In this document: piece after piece, positions 1 through 7,795 of the stretch | Layout of the letters: each line of letters begins with the position of its first letter | Numbering within the stretch: position 1 is the first letter of the stretch | DNA from: a candidate division WOR-3 bacterium | GTDB lineage: Bacteria; Hydrothermota; Tepidihabitantia; Tepidihabitantales; Tepidihabitantaceae | Direction of reading: 5' to 3' | Assembly (NCBI GenBank): GCA_965649225.1 | Contig: CBFGJX010000019.1 | Location: 1-54,974, forward strand | Length of the DNA stretch: 54,974 nucleotides | Program-made: the position numbers and the translations under genes | The notes under the pieces: model-generated | What the model was told of the DNA's origin: nothing | Databases searched by the model: none | What the model saw: only the letters and a program-made list of their open reading frames with translations

Positions 1-86
1 AGTTGTTCTACAATAGCCGGCGACTGCACTCGAGCTTGGGCTACATGAGCCCGAACGACTTCGAGAAACAGACAGCAGCCGCGTGA
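1..86 (+). CDS. IS3-family transposase, C-terminal end (5' part outside the window)
   Basis: Frame from nt 3 reads LFYNSRRLHSSLGYMSPNDFEKQTAAA*, the YN..R.HS.LGY.SP motif that ends IS3-family integrase cores. Confidence 0.9.
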   Translation, partial: LFYNSRRLHSSLGYMSPNDFEKQTAAA

Positions 87-116
87 AAACGTGTCCAACG
101 AATCGGGGACAGATCA
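1..116 (+). mobile_element. Right end of an IS3-family insertion sequence
   Basis: The transposase stop is followed by about 30 nt ending ...GGGGACAGATCA, which fits the TG...CA termini of IS3 inverted repeats. Confidence 0.8.
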
Positions 117-206
117 CGCCGGGGTTTATTTCTCCGCAGCTGCGGCGGCGATGTGGAGGCCCGCGTCATCAAGACTCAATGAGAGACTGCTTCCCAGCTA
201 TGGTGT

Positions 207-233
207 CGGGAGCCATTGCGCTCCCGGTTTTTT
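207..233 (+). terminator. Rho-independent terminator
   Basis: CGGGAGC-cattgc-GCTCCCG hairpin followed by gTTTTTT. Confidence 0.7.
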
Positions 234-290
234 CGGTGGCAAGACGGATGGCCATGGCTCGCCGGGGGTCTTCGACACGGCTGGCGGCAT

Positions 291-989
291 TCAGAATCTG
301 AGATGGACGCCGATGTTGATCCAGCCGAACACGGTCCACCACTCCGAACCGGTGATACGGGTATCACCGATCTGGCCGGCGACAGGTCGGTTTTTGGCAA
401 TCAGCGCTACCAGATCGAGGGTGGGGGTTTCAATGAACAGCAGCTCGAGCAGTTCGGTGCGCAATCGGGCAGCGGCGTTGACGCTGAATGCCCGCAGGTC
501 GTAATGCTCGTTGAATCGGGTGTTGACAATGTTCGAGTGAGTCCAGCCAATACCGGCTCCGAGAATCGGCTGCAGTGCGAGGGCATGGCGACGGCAGCGG
601 GGCACCCAGCCGAACCGGACACCGGGTGGATACCAGTCCCAGTAGGCACGGTAAGCAGTGAGACGACCGGCGAGACCGCTGCGGTTGCCCTCGATGAATC
701 GAACGCTTCGGGTGTCAGCCAGGTGTTCAGATGAAAGTTCAACGTTCAGTGCCACCGCGCGCCAGCCGAAGTCCGACAGCCGGCCAAACCAGAAACGTTG
801 ACCAGCGATGAAAGTGTAGTTACGGGGTCCGAGGTTGCGGAAACGGTTCTGGAGCAGTTCGGCAAGCTCGATGCCGATGTCCAGATTGGGCCGGCAGGGT
901 CGGTTGCGGCTGCCGTCAAACAGCGGTGCCGCCAGGGCCAAGGCACCACAGAACAGAAGAAGCGGTACACTACTTTTCGCCTTCAGCAT
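291..989 (-). CDS. Hypothetical exported protein, possibly an outer-membrane beta-barrel
   Basis: N-terminal signal peptide (LLLFCGALALA), amphipathic strands, and C-terminal ...NIGVHLRF resembling a BAM beta-signal. Confidence 0.6.
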   Translation of the reverse strand: MLKAKSSVPLLLFCGALALAAPLFDGSRNRPCRPNLDIGIELAELLQNRFRNLGPRNYTFIAGQRFWFGRLSDFGWRAVALNVELSSEHLADTRSVRFIEGNRSGLAGRLTAYRAYWDWYPPGVRFGWVPRCRRHALALQPILGAGIGWTHSNIVNTRFNEHYDLRAFSVNAAARLRTELLELLFIETPTLDLVALIAKNRPVAGQIGDTRITGSEWWTVFGWINIGVHLRF

Positions 990-1052
990 GGTGGGTTGCT
1001 GGTCACGGCGACGACACGATCAGGCCGACAGACGTGGTGGCAGGAGAGCGGG

Positions 1053-1310
1053 CTAATCCGACAGCCGGCGTCGGAGCACAACCACCAGTTCAGCAGTGGT
1101 GCTGTAGCCGAGGTGCTCGTTGCTGTCGTAGTGCCCGGCAAGCACCGGCGTGACCGATATCAGCTCCCAGCCTTCCGCCCCGAGCGGCGTCAGGGCTTCC
1201 TGTAATTGCCGGGCAGTAGCAGCCGGTTCCGGCTGGACGTGGTTGATGCCACTCTTGCTGTTCTGGTAGGGGGGCACGACGGTCAGTACCCGGTATTCAT
1301 GCTGTTTCAT
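1053..1310 (-). CDS. DUF4177-like small protein
   Basis: MKQHEYRVL...LTPLGAEGWELISV matches the (W/H)EY...LG.EGWELV pattern; GGAG RBS upstream of the ATG at 1310. Confidence 0.7.
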   Translation of the reverse strand: MKQHEYRVLTVVPPYQNSKSGINHVQPEPAATARQLQEALTPLGAEGWELISVTPVLAGHYDSNEHLGYSTTAELVVVLRRRLSD

Positions 1311-1387
1311 CGCTGACTCCGTTTGGTTTCGGTCGTTGGCTGAGCATATCAAACTATCCCGGCAGCCGCCCGGCTGTCAATGCTGCG

Positions 1388-1729
1388 GTGGTGTTGCAAT
1401 CGGGGCATTCATCTGTAATATTGCGGCACCGCGGCCCGCTCGAGGTGCATACCTCAAACGGCCCGGCGACCTGCGATGTCGATGTGCTGATACCGAGCGA
1501 AGTGGTGAAGCTGGAAACCTCTAACGGCACGGTGACGCCGTCGGTCCCGGCCGGGACCCAAGCCAACTTCGACGTCTCCACAAGCAATGCCGAGGCAACG
1601 GTCAGCGGGTTTCCGAGCATCAGCTACAGCCGCGCCGACCGCACGCGCAAGACCGGCGCGATCAACGGCGGCGGCGCCAACCTGGCGCTTTCGACCTCCA
1701 ACGCGCCGGCAAGTCTCAACGGTCGGTGA
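1388..1729 (+). pseudogene. 5'-truncated DUF4097 (adhesin-like beta-strand repeat) gene fragment
   Basis: Repeated TSNG/TSNA motifs and a GAINGGG...LSTSN C-terminus, but no signal peptide, no RBS and only about 100 aa. Confidence 0.6.
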
Positions 1730-1808
1730 AACGGGCAACCTGACATCGGCCGCTGAAAGAAGCGCTTGAGCCTGCCCCGAACAGGGCAGATACACTGAAG
1801 GAGGCATC

Positions 1809-2108
1809 GTGATTGACGAACAGGAACGCTACAGACGCGCCAAGGAGGCCGTCGAGGCCCGCAAGGGTTTCTTGAGCCACTTTCTCATCTACCTGCTGGT
1901 GAACGCCGGGCTGTTTCTGATCAACCTGCTGACCCGGCGCGACGGCGGGTCGTGGTGGTTCTACTGGCCGCTGTTGGGCTGGGGCATAGGAGTGGCCGTG
2001 CACGCGGTCAGCGCTTACGGATTCTTCGGTCTTTTCGGCCGCGACTGGGAAGAGCGCGAGATAAGGCGGCTGATGGACAAGGACCGCGACGCCGAGAACA
2101 GGCAGTAG
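1809..2108 (+). CDS. 2TM domain membrane protein
   Basis: Y.RAK..V...KGF..H..IY..VN..L..IN......WF.WP.LGWGIG...H signature; AAGGAGG RBS. Confidence 0.85.
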   Translation: MIDEQERYRRAKEAVEARKGFLSHFLIYLLVNAGLFLINLLTRRDGGSWWFYWPLLGWGIGVAVHAVSAYGFFGLFGRDWEEREIRRLMDKDRDAENRQ

Positions 2109-2152
2109 CAACTGGCCAGGGCCGAAGCAGCCGGTACCCCTGGGCGCCGGGG

Positions 2153-2181
2153 TTGCGCCGGCAGGTCTGCGCTGATACAAT
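2153..2181 (+). promoter_or_regulatory. Sigma70-type promoter upstream of the fluoride riboswitch
   Basis: TTGCGC-N17-TACAAT, 12 nt upstream of the aptamer. Confidence 0.55.
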
Positions 2182-2192
2182 CACGCTGTTTC

Positions 2193-2243
2193 GGGGATGG
2201 AGTCCCCCGCGCAAAACCGCCCGGGCGGGCTGATGACTCCTGC
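2193..2243 (+). ncRNA. Fluoride riboswitch (crcB motif)
   Basis: GGGGAUGGAGUCCCC...AAACCGCCC..GGGCUGAUGACUCCUGC matches the crcB consensus: P1 stem, GAUGG, GGAGU/ACUCC pseudoknot, CUGAUG. Confidence 0.92.
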
Positions 2244-2304
2244 AGAACCGGGCCGTGGAAACGGCGACCGGCATAATGCGAAAACTCTGATTGAGGAGGT
2301 TCTC

Positions 2305-3540
2305 TTGCAGGAGACGTTTGCCCTTGCGGCAGTCTGGCTGGGTCTGGCAGTCATCGCAACAATTATCGCCAATCATCTGCGGGTGTCGAATGCCCTGGTC
2401 GAGATCTGCGTTGGCGTTGCGGCCGGCGCGCTGGCGACACGCTGGTTTGGCCCGGCGGCGTTGGGCGCGAATGCCGAGTGGCTGCGGTTTCTCGCCGCCG
2501 CCGGCTCGGTGATGCTGACATTCCTTGCCGGCGCCGAACTGGAACCATCGGTACTGCGACGCAAGCTGGGCGAGGTCACCGCCATCGGACTGGTCGGCTT
2601 TCTGGCACCGTTTCTGGGTTGTGCCGCGATTGCCCGTTTTCTTTTGCACTGGGACGTCCGGGCGAGTCTGCTCGCCGGTGTGGCGCTGTCGACGACATCA
2701 ATGGCCGTGGTCTATGCGGTGATGCTGGAAACCGGTTTCAACAAGACCGAATTCGGCAAAGGGATACTCGGTGCCTGTTTTGTCAACGACCTCGGGACAG
2801 TGCTGGCACTGGGGTTTATTTTTGCCCCGTTTACCTATCGAACGGCGGTTTTTGCCGTCGCAACGGCAGCGATTCTCGCCGCTCTGCCTCTGCTGACACG
2901 GTGGATTGCCCGGCGCTATGCCTATCGCACAGCGGCAATCCGGGCGAAATGGGTAACGCTGGCCGTTTTCGGGCTGGGAGCACTGGCGCTCTGGTCGGGC
3001 AGTGAAGCGGTGCTGCCGGCCTATCTGATCGGGATGGTGCTGGCCGGTACCGCGGCAATGGATCACGACTTTGTCCGGCGGTTGCGGACGCTGACCGTTG
3101 GCTTTCTGACGCCGTTCTACTTCATCCGGGCCGGTTCACTGGTGTCGGTGCCGGCGCTGGCCGCCGCACCGCTGGTGATGCTGGCCCTGCTGGGCGGCAA
3201 GGTCATAACAAAAATCTTCGGACTGCTGCCAGTCATCGGCCGGTTCCGGAAGGAACGCAACGAACGCTGGTACTACACGCTGATGATGTCAACCGGGCTG
3301 ACGTTCGGAACGATCGCAGCGCTCTATGGTTACTCGCACGGCATTGTCAGTACCGCCCAGTACTCGCTGCTGGTTGCGGCGGTGATTGCCAGCGCTGTCG
3401 TGCCGACGGTCATTGCCACCCTCGCTTTTCTGCCCCGGCATCTGCTCGCCGATGTTGATACGCTGGGACAGCCGGAGGGGACGCCGGGCGAGGTGCGGCT
3501 GATACCCGATGCCGAGGAAGAGGACCTGGAGCAGAACTAG
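2305..3540 (+). CDS. Cation:proton antiporter (CPA2/Na_H_Exchanger family)
   Basis: About 12 hydrophobic segments, LTFLAGAE, ALSTTSMAVV and FVNDL motifs. Start moved to TTG 2305 behind a GAGGAGG RBS because the ATG at 2197 lies inside the riboswitch. Confidence 0.88.
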   Translation: MQETFALAAVWLGLAVIATIIANHLRVSNALVEICVGVAAGALATRWFGPAALGANAEWLRFLAAAGSVMLTFLAGAELEPSVLRRKLGEVTAIGLVGFLAPFLGCAAIARFLLHWDVRASLLAGVALSTTSMAVVYAVMLETGFNKTEFGKGILGACFVNDLGTVLALGFIFAPFTYRTAVFAVATAAILAALPLLTRWIARRYAYRTAAIRAKWVTLAVFGLGALALWSGSEAVLPAYLIGMVLAGTAAMDHDFVRRLRTLTVGFLTPFYFIRAGSLVSVPALAAAPLVMLALLGGKVITKIFGLLPVIGRFRKERNERWYYTLMMSTGLTFGTIAALYGYSHGIVSTAQYSLLVAAVIASAVVPTVIATLAFLPRHLLADVDTLGQPEGTPGEVRLIPDAEEEDLEQN

Positions 3541-3569
3541 CCGACGGCTGGATTTCCGGGCTGGAAACG

Positions 3570-3599
3570 CAGCGGGGCGGACCTGTGTCCGCTCCGCTG
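3570..3599 (+). terminator. GC-rich hairpin after the antiporter, probable terminator
   Basis: CAGCGGGGCGGAC-ctgt-GTCCGCTCCGCTG; no strong U-tract. Confidence 0.45.
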
Positions 3600-3659
3600 G
3601 CAGTTACCGTGCGCTACGGTTCGCGAAAGGCTCTGATGACTGAGGGTGGCCGCAGAGGT

Positions 3660-3687
3660 TTGACAGCATTGTGTCAGCATCTATGAT
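3660..3687 (+). promoter_or_regulatory. Sigma70-type promoter overlapping a TGACA-N6-TGTCA palindrome
   Basis: TTGACA-N16-TATGAT; TGACAgcattgTGTCA at 3661-3676. Confidence 0.6.
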
Positions 3688-3707
3688 TGGCCACAAAGGA
3701 GGATTGC

Positions 3708-4019
3708 GTGTATTGCCGGAACTGTGGTGCGGAGATCAACGACAACGCCGACGTCTGTGTCAAGTGCGGGATGGCCGTGACGAAGTCAATCGAGAAGTCG
3801 GAGAAACTGCCCGGTCAGAAGGACTGGCTGACGGCACTGCTGCTTTCGATATTCCTTGGGCAGTTCGGCGTTGACCGGTTCTATCTGGGCCATGTCGGGC
3901 TGGGAATTGTCAAGTTGTTGACCGTGGGCGGCTGCGGTATCTGGTGGCTGATAGATGTTATCCTCATTGCCGGCAACAACCTGAAGGATTCCCAGGGCAA
4001 ACCATTGTACAAGAGCTAG
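3708..4019 (+). CDS. Zinc-ribbon + TM2 domain protein
   Basis: YCRNCG...CVKCG ribbon and LLSIFLG.FGVDRFYLG...GG.GIW.LID TM2 motif; AGGAGG RBS before GTG 3708. Confidence 0.88.
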   Translation: MYCRNCGAEINDNADVCVKCGMAVTKSIEKSEKLPGQKDWLTALLLSIFLGQFGVDRFYLGHVGLGIVKLLTVGGCGIWWLIDVILIAGNNLKDSQGKPLYKS

Positions 4020-4032
4020 CAGAGAGCAGGAC

Positions 4033-4377
4033 GTGCAGCGACAGCAGCTTGTGACTGCGGCTGTGCTTTCGGCCGCTGTCGTCCTGCTGATGGTGATTCC
4101 GCCATCGTTCTTCGAGCGGCTTCCCTCAGTCTGTCTTTATCAACGGCTTTTTCGATTGGCCGGATTATGGCAGGGGGTTCACTGCCCGGGCTGCGGCACC
4201 GTGCGGGCGTTGTCGCATCTTTTTCACGGTCACATTGCCCAGGCGGTCAAGTTCAATGTCAACTGCCTGCTCATTGCACCACTCGTCGTCGGTCTGGTTG
4301 TTGTCAATTTCGGTCGCTGGCTGCGCGGCCGAACAACGAGTGAGAACCGGCTTGCAGTATCCCGCTCAGGCACCTGA
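4033..4377 (+). CDS. DUF2752 domain membrane protein
   Basis: C......G..CPGCG..RA...L.HG....A...N signature; such genes are commonly paired with TM2 genes. Confidence 0.85.
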   Translation: MQRQQLVTAAVLSAAVVLLMVIPPSFFERLPSVCLYQRLFRLAGLWQGVHCPGCGTVRALSHLFHGHIAQAVKFNVNCLLIAPLVVGLVVVNFGRWLRGRTTSENRLAVSRSGT

Positions 4378-4445
4378 TTCAATCGTACCGAGTCTGGCCG
4401 TGACAGCCTGCCGGCGCGGCCGGCAGACTCAAAATCGCTGCTGTA

Positions 4446-5651
4446 CTAACCGGACTGCGGGTGCGCTGGAAACCAGTGCCGCGTGCGCAGGCAGATGCGA
4501 ACGAGGAGGAGCATCACCGGCACCTCGATGAGCACGCCGACGACGGTGGCGAGTGCGGCGCCCGAGGAGAGGCCGAAGAGCATCGTCGCGGTGGCGATGG
4601 CGACCTCGAAGTGGTTGGACGCGCCGATCATCGCCGAGGGCGCGGCATCCTCGTACTTGAGTTTGAGCAGTCGCGCCAGCCCGTACCCGAGCCAGAAGAT
4701 GAGACTGGTCTGGATGAAGAGCGGAATGGCGATCCAGAGTATCGTCAGCGGGTTGGCGACGATGACGTCGCCCTTGAACGAGAAGAGCAGGACGAGCGTG
4801 GCCAGCAGGGCGATGATCGTGACCGGCGTGAGCAGGTGGAGAAAACGGTCGCGGAACCACGCCTCGCCCTTTGCCCGGATGATGAGCCGGCGGCTTAAGT
4901 ACCCGGCGACGAGCGGCAGGGCGACATAGATGGCGATGGAGAGCAGCAGAGCCTGCCACGGCACCGGCAGCTTGCCGACGCCGAGCAGGAATCCGCCGAG
5001 CGGGCCGTAGAGCAGCAGCATCGTCAGCGAGTTGATGGCGACCATCACCAGCGTGTGGCCGTCGTTGCCCCTCGCGAGGTAGCCCCAGACGAGGACCATC
5101 GCGGTGCAGGGCGCTATCCCGAGCAGGATGCAGCCGGCGAGGTAGCTGCGCCAGAGCGGGACTTCGAGCATCTTCACGCCATCAGCGAGCACGACCCGAC
5201 CGACGCCATAGGCGGCGCCCGGTTCGAGGTTCACGCCCAGCGGCAGTTTCACGAGGTCGACCGCGTCCGGCCCGATGAGGCCCCGGAAGAGCACGCCGAG
5301 GAAGAGCAGGGCGATGGCGTACATCGTGAATGGCTTGATGGCCCAGTTGACGAAGAGGGTCAGGCCGACCGGCTTCGCGCTCCGGCCCGCCTTGAGCACG
5401 TCGGCGAAGTCGATCTTCACCATTATCGGGTACATCATCAGGAACAGGCAGACCGCGATGGGAATCGAGATGACCGGCGCGCCGCCGGAGTAGATGGCAA
5501 GGCCGTCAAGGGTCCTGGCGACACCGGGCGCGAGCCGGCCGAGCAGGATGCCGGCGCCGATACAGAGCAGGACCCAGACGGTCAGGTACTTCTCGAAGAC
5601 GCTGAGGCCCTTGGGCTGTTTGGTGATGCAGGCTTGGGTTGCCGGTGTCAT
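4446..5651 (-). CDS. acr3: ACR3-family arsenite efflux transporter
   Basis: [46 protein letters not shown] and [10 protein letters not shown] motifs. Confidence 0.95.
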   Translation of the reverse strand: MTPATQACITKQPKGLSVFEKYLTVWVLLCIGAGILLGRLAPGVARTLDGLAIYSGGAPVISIPIAVCLFLMMYPIMVKIDFADVLKAGRSAKPVGLTLFVNWAIKPFTMYAIALLFLGVLFRGLIGPDAVDLVKLPLGVNLEPGAAYGVGRVVLADGVKMLEVPLWRSYLAGCILLGIAPCTAMVLVWGYLARGNDGHTLVMVAINSLTMLLLYGPLGGFLLGVGKLPVPWQALLLSIAIYVALPLVAGYLSRRLIIRAKGEAWFRDRFLHLLTPVTIIALLATLVLLFSFKGDVIVANPLTILWIAIPLFIQTSLIFWLGYGLARLLKLKYEDAAPSAMIGASNHFEVAIATATMLFGLSSGAALATVVGVLIEVPVMLLLVRICLRTRHWFPAHPQSG

Positions 5652-5670
5652 GGGTGCGTTCAGTCAGATA

Positions 5671-5689
5671 GCTGACGGCACGCGTCAGC
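5671..5689 (-). promoter_or_regulatory. Candidate bacterial SECIS hairpin
   Basis: On the minus strand, 11 nt after the UGA at 5703-5701: stem GCUGACG, loop CGUGC, stem CGUCAGC. Confidence 0.5.
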
Positions 5690-5691
5690 GC

Positions 5692-5937
5692 CTAGATTCC
5701 TCACCCGCCGGGCGGGCACGGCTGGGACGCGCCGTCCGCGCTGTCGGCCGGCGCAACCGGAGCGACGCAGCCGCCGCAGCCGGCAGTCGAATCGCCGGGA
5801 CAGCAGTTGGCGCACGGGGCCGAGTCGCAGCGGGCCGCGGTCGTATCGGCCACTGCCGCGGGTGCGGGCTTCTGCTCCCCGCAGCCTACGATGGCCGCGA
5901 CGGAGAGCAGAAGCAGGAGGAGCAGGACTTGTTTCAT
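5692..5937 (-). CDS. Small Cys-rich lipoprotein; candidate selenoprotein ending ...QPCPPGG-U-GI* (ends at 5701 if UGA is a stop)
   Basis: MKQVLLLLLLLSVAAIVG|C lipobox, CDSAPCANCC and GCGGC motifs, then in-frame TGA-GGA-ATC-TAG with a hairpin downstream. Confidence 0.7.
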
Positions 5938-5944
5938 ACTCTCG

Positions 5945-5973
5945 AGTATAGCCGGTCTGCGAGTCGCAGGCAA
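5945..5973 (-). promoter_or_regulatory. Internal promoter for the lipoprotein-acr3 unit (leaderless)
   Basis: TTGCCT-N17-TATACT-N7-ATG(5937), with no SD sequence. Confidence 0.65.
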
Positions 5974-6048
5974 GTTCGGCGACCTCGTTGCTCGGCTTGT
6001 CCTGCTCGCGGGCAACTGGCTTGGGTGTCAACGGCACCCGGTCAGGCC

Positions 6049-6450
6049 TCAGGTCTGGCCGGCCGAAAGAGCGTCCACGACCGCACCGACGACCTTTGCG
6101 ATGTCGTCGTTGGTGTGGTCGAACTCACCATGCTTCTTGATGCCGAGTTCGGTGACGACGATGTGGACGGCTGGCTTCACGCCGATGTTCTCCAGACTCT
6201 TGCGGACGCAGGCAACCGGGCAGCCGTCAATCGCGACGCAGGGCTTCTCGCTAACGCCTTTGACGAAGCCCGGCAGTTGTGCGGCGACGCCGATGCCGCA
6301 GTACATCGAACCCTGGCCGTAGCCGTCAAGCGCCTTGGCCGCATCGTTGGCTATCTGGCCGACATTGGACCCGCCCGAGCAGGCAAGCAGCAGGACGTCC
6401 TTTGAACCGCAGGCGCAGGTCGGTTCGCTCGGGGAACAGCAGCCGGCCAA
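6049..6450 (-). CDS. DGC-domain putative zinc-binding protein
   Basis: ACSGGSNVGQIAN, MYC..G and AIDGCPVAC motifs. Confidence 0.9.
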   Translation of the reverse strand: MAGCCSPSEPTCACGSKDVLLLACSGGSNVGQIANDAAKALDGYGQGSMYCGIGVAAQLPGFVKGVSEKPCVAIDGCPVACVRKSLENIGVKPAVHIVVTELGIKKHGEFDHTNDDIAKVVGAVVDALSAGQT

Positions 6451-6452
6451 GG

Positions 6453-6887
6453 CTACTTCTCCCCGCCCAGCAGTCTCTTCAACTCGTCTTTGGACGGCAC
6501 CTTGCCCTGCGAGACGACCTTGCCGTCAACGACAAGGCCAGGCGTCATGAAGACGCCCATCGCGGCGAACCGCTTGAGGTCAGTGATGTGCTCGACATTG
6601 GCGGCAATGTTCATCTCCGCGAGCGTGTCGCGGACCCGCTGTTCCAGTTCCTGGCAGCGAGCACAACCGATTCCCAGTATCTTGATGTCCATCGCTCCTC
6701 CCGCACCTTGTTTGTCTGGCTGAGCGCCACAGCACGGCGAGTCCGTGACGCAGCACGACGCGCTCTCTTCTGTTGCGCCCTTCTTCTCTGGTTCCTCTCT
6801 TATCTCCTCGACCTTCACGTTGCAGCAAGCCGACTTCTTACCGCCAAAGACGCTCTGCAACAGTCCCTTCTTCTTGTTATCGCTCAT
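6453..6887 (-). CDS. MTH895/ArsE-type small thioredoxin-like protein with an N-terminal Cys-pair-rich extension
   Basis: MDIKILGIGCARC...GVFMTPGLVVDGKVVSQGKVP domain, preceded by about 65 aa containing three CC pairs. Confidence 0.85.
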   Translation of the reverse strand: MSDNKKKGLLQSVFGGKKSACCNVKVEEIREEPEKKGATEESASCCVTDSPCCGAQPDKQGAGGAMDIKILGIGCARCQELEQRVRDTLAEMNIAANVEHITDLKRFAAMGVFMTPGLVVDGKVVSQGKVPSKDELKRLLGGEK

Positions 6888-6901
6888 TGTTGGACTCCTC
6901 G

Positions 6902-7786
6902 TTAGAACAGGTAGAACGCGTACCCGGCCAGCACGGCGGTCAAGAACACGACGCCCACGAAGATCGCGACGAGGCGGGTCTTGAAGATGCCGGCCAGCAT
7001 GCTCATCTCGGGAATGCTCATACCCGCGCCGCCGATGATCAGTGCGACAACGGCCCCAAGACTCATACCTTTCTGGGTCAGCGCCACCGCGACCGGGATA
7101 ACGGTCTCGGCCCGGACGTACAGCGGGACCCCGATGATCGCAGCCACGGGTATCGCGAACGGGTTCTGGGGACCTGCTATGCTGACGATGAAGTCGCTGG
7201 GCAGGTAGCCATAGATGGCCGCGCCGACGGCCACGCCGATGAGCAGGTATGCCAGCACTCCACGGAAGTCACCCCACGCGCCAATGAAGGCCCGACGGAG
7301 CCTGGCGCCAAACGTCGGCAGTTTCTCACGTTCCAGGGCGCCGCCGCTGATGCGGACGTTCTTCACGTCCCTGGACAGGCCGAGCATCTGAAGCACGGCA
7401 CCGCTTGCCATTGCCACGACGAATGTAGTAACGCCGTAGACCACGCACGCCTTCCAGCCGACCAGCGCCAGCAACATCGTCAGGATGATCGGGTTGAGCA
7501 ACGGCGACGCCAGGACAAAGGACATCACCGCACCGAAGGGCACGCCCGCTCGAAGGAGACCGACGGTCATCGGTATGGTGGAACAGGAACAGAACGGCGT
7601 GACTGCACCGAGCGCTGCGCCGAGGAAGTTGCCCAGCAATCCGCGCCGGGATAGCCAGCGCCCGAGCGTCTCGTTGGAGACGTACTCGAACACCAAGCCG
7701 ACGAGCGTGCTGATGCCGAGAAACAGGACGGTCAACTCGGCCAGGATGAGCCCGAAGAACCGGAGCGAGACCAGAAGCGAGTTCAC
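6902..7786 (-). CDS. ArsP/DUF318-family permease
   Basis: GAVTPFCSCSTIP, F.LASPLLNP, GVPLY and GGAGMSIPE motifs. Confidence 0.88.
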   Translation of the reverse strand: MNSLLVSLRFFGLILAELTVLFLGISTLVGLVFEYVSNETLGRWLSRRGLLGNFLGAALGAVTPFCSCSTIPMTVGLLRAGVPFGAVMSFVLASPLLNPIILTMLLALVGWKACVVYGVTTFVVAMASGAVLQMLGLSRDVKNVRISGGALEREKLPTFGARLRRAFIGAWGDFRGVLAYLLIGVAVGAAIYGYLPSDFIVSIAGPQNPFAIPVAAIIGVPLYVRAETVIPVAVALTQKGMSLGAVVALIIGGAGMSIPEMSMLAGIFKTRLVAIFVGVVFLTAVLAGYAFYLF

Positions 7787-7795
7787 GGCCCTGCC

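Noticed and set aside
2197..2304. N-terminal extension of the antiporter from ATG 2197
   Set aside because: That ATG is part of the riboswitch GAUGG motif; a strong SD supports TTG 2305.
3620..3650. GAAA...CTGATGA hammerhead-like core
   Set aside because: Only 4 nt separate the motifs, so the required stems cannot form.
6016..6051. UGA read-through from the DGC gene into the in-frame lipoprotein ORF
   Set aside because: It needs two UGA read-throughs, the hairpin is weak with no G at the start of the loop, and the lipoprotein has its own promoter and signal peptide.
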